Assembly: GCF_963921235.1 (NCBI RefSeq) | Contig: NC_086097.1 | Span: forward strand, 254,016,001 to 254,080,000 | Origin: Mobula hypostoma | Taxonomy: Eukaryota | Direction: 5' to 3' | DNA length: 64,000 nucleotides | In this document: positions 62,061 through 64,000 of the stretch, piece after piece | How positions within the stretch are numbered: position 1 is the first letter of the stretch | Layout: each line of letters opens with the position of its first letter | Notes under the pieces: model-generated | The model's input: the letters and a program-made list of their open reading frames with translations, nothing else | Told to the model about the DNA's origin: nothing | Database searches by the model: none | Program-made: the position numbers and the translations under genes

Positions 62061-62209
62061 TGGAGTAACAGCAATCTGCCGTTGCTCCAACTCTAATTAT
62101 CTTACTATTTCCAACCTGTCTGGAAACTTCTTTTTCAAGTGTGATATTCTTTCATTGTGGCTGGAAGGAGAGCCAGAGGTACTAAAAAGGATGATTTTCT
62201 GCCTCTTTG

Positions 62210-62943
62210 GATTCTATTATGGATTTGCTGCAAAGTCATACACGAGAAGCCTCTGAGAAGTTTCAAGAATTCAGCACTGAATTTAAACAAATAGATGGTA
62301 AATTGGACTCTATTCAACAAACTCTCAATGAACACAATAAACATATTAAAATAATGAGGAAAATTTGTCAGCTCTGGAAACGGAAGTGGATGAATTGCAG
62401 AAGCTTTGTGAAAAGCAATCGAAGTCCAACGAAAGGTTAAGACAGAAGATTATCAACCTAGAAAATAGAGGTAGAAGGAACAACCTACGGGTTCTGGGTC
62501 TCAAAGAACTAATTGAAAGTAATTATCCTATGGCGTTTTTTGTAAACTTTTTGCAAGAATTATTTCTAGAGATTTTGATGTCTGTGCCTATGATCGATCA
62601 AGTTCACAGATCTCCTGCGTTTAGACCTCCTAACGATCAGAGTCCAAGATCAGTAATAATCTGTTTTCAGGAATTTAAAAGAAAGGAACTCTTAATTTGT
62701 GAATCTCGTCCAAGAGGCATCATTGACTATAATGGTCGCAAGATTAGAATTGTCGAAGATTATTCGCCTGAGGTAATGCAGGAACGTGTTAAGTTCAAAG
62801 AAGTTATGTCCAAGCTTTTTAATAAGGGTTTCAAGCCTTCCCTTCGCTACCCAGTCCGACTCAGAAACACACTTAAAAACAGTTCTTTTGAATGGTTCCA
62901 CTCACCTATTGAAGCACAAAGGTTTTTAAAATCTGAGGGCTAA
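62210..62943 (+). pseudogene. L1-clade ORF1 (coiled coil + RRM + CTD), decayed; no ORF2 seen
   Basis: LENRGRRNNLRVLGLKE, IDQVHRS, PRSVII, IRIVEDYS, SLRYPVRL. Confidence 0.85.
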
Positions 62944-63440
62944 ATCCAAAGGCTAACTGTTTAGTTTCTCCTTACATGAAGACACAAGATTAAATGAGAA
63001 ACTTTTAATTCGCAAATCCTGTCGAAGGGGCATGATTGGTTATAGGGTGGAATATTAAGATTCTTGAAGATCATTCGCTTGAAGTTATGCAGGAGTGTGC
63101 TAAGTTTAAACAAGTTCTGTTGGAATTTTTTTAATAAGGGTTTTAACCCGTCCCTTGGCTACCCAGTTTGACTGAGAATCTCATTAAAGATGGATCCTTC
63201 GAATGGTTTTGTTTGAATGATGAAGCACAAAGATTTTTTAAATTTGAAGGCTAACTACTTAGTCTGTTTTTCCATGAAGATAGAAGATTAATGTTCAATG
63301 TCTATCTGTATGAATAATTGTATCTTTTACTTTTGGTAAACCGTTGTAACTAATTTCCTTTCGTATTTATTAACACCGTATTTTTGATATATGAGAATTG
63401 AATCTCTTGTTTGGGTATTGTTTAGTCTAGGTTGGAATAT

Positions 63441-64000
63441 TGTTACATACCTCGTGGGTATCTTGTGACTGTCTTATGACCATGATGTAATTGAGTATCT
63501 TGTGAGCATGCTGTAATGGTCTTGTGATGGTGGGGTGATGTAATTTTCCTGCCAGTGTGAGGTCACGTGATGACATGTTCTCAACAGGTATATAATGGGA
63601 AACCCCTGTAGTTATGCAGTTGATTCATTCTTTATTTTGTCAGTTACTGCGTTATGCTGCATATTTGTCCCATGACACAGTTTCATTTTAAAGTGGAGTT
63701 TTACTTTCTATTGTAAGTCTAGTATTGGAGAGTGACGACCTTACTAAAGTACGGGAACCTGAAAAATGAAGTAAAGTTGGTGTTGTTGTTCGGCGGTTTA
63801 ATACAGGATCGACCTTATTGAATCTTTGTTCAGAAATAGTGACCTGCATCTGAGGTAACCGCTGTAAGATCAGGAAGGTTTTTGCAGTGATTATTTGCCA
63901 GGAAAAGGTCAGTTCCTTTAAGCCATTTTATTTCCTTCATCATGAATCCTTTGGAGAATTAGCAGTAATGTCATGTCTTCGAAGAAATCCATTTCTAGGG
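63441..64000 (+). mobile_element. Probable LTR running off the window end
   Basis: Begins TGTTACA, has short internal TCTTGTGA repeats and a TATATAA box at ~63589. Confidence 0.45.

Overview
Eukaryotic, almost entirely repeat-derived DNA. The repeat repertoire (CR1 LINEs with (TTTCTATG)n tails, Rex1/Babar, Neptune-type Penelope elements, V-SINE-like and RTE-derived SINEs, Gypsy LTR elements, R4/Dong, L1) points by inference to a cartilaginous fish, probably a ray. I found no intact host gene. The main finding is a 2.3-kb Gypsy element at 31277-33590 (minus strand) with both LTRs, a tRNA-Leu PBS, a PPT and an AGCCA target-site duplication. Its RT/RNase H/integrase region is replaced by a mosaic of two host coiled-coil coding fragments, RABEP1::SH3KBP1::RABEP1, joined in frame to the protease upstream and the pol C-terminus downstream. 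Other notable items: a circularly permuted 176-bp copy of CYHR1/ZFTRAF1 coding sequence (57366-57541), a full-length CR1 with tandem 172-bp 5' monomers, a near-intact Penelope element with a hammerhead ribozyme, a Gmr1-type Gypsy remnant and a 5.9-kb minisatellite with higher-order structure. Protein identities come from recalled sequences, not database searches, and boundaries of decayed repeats are approximate.
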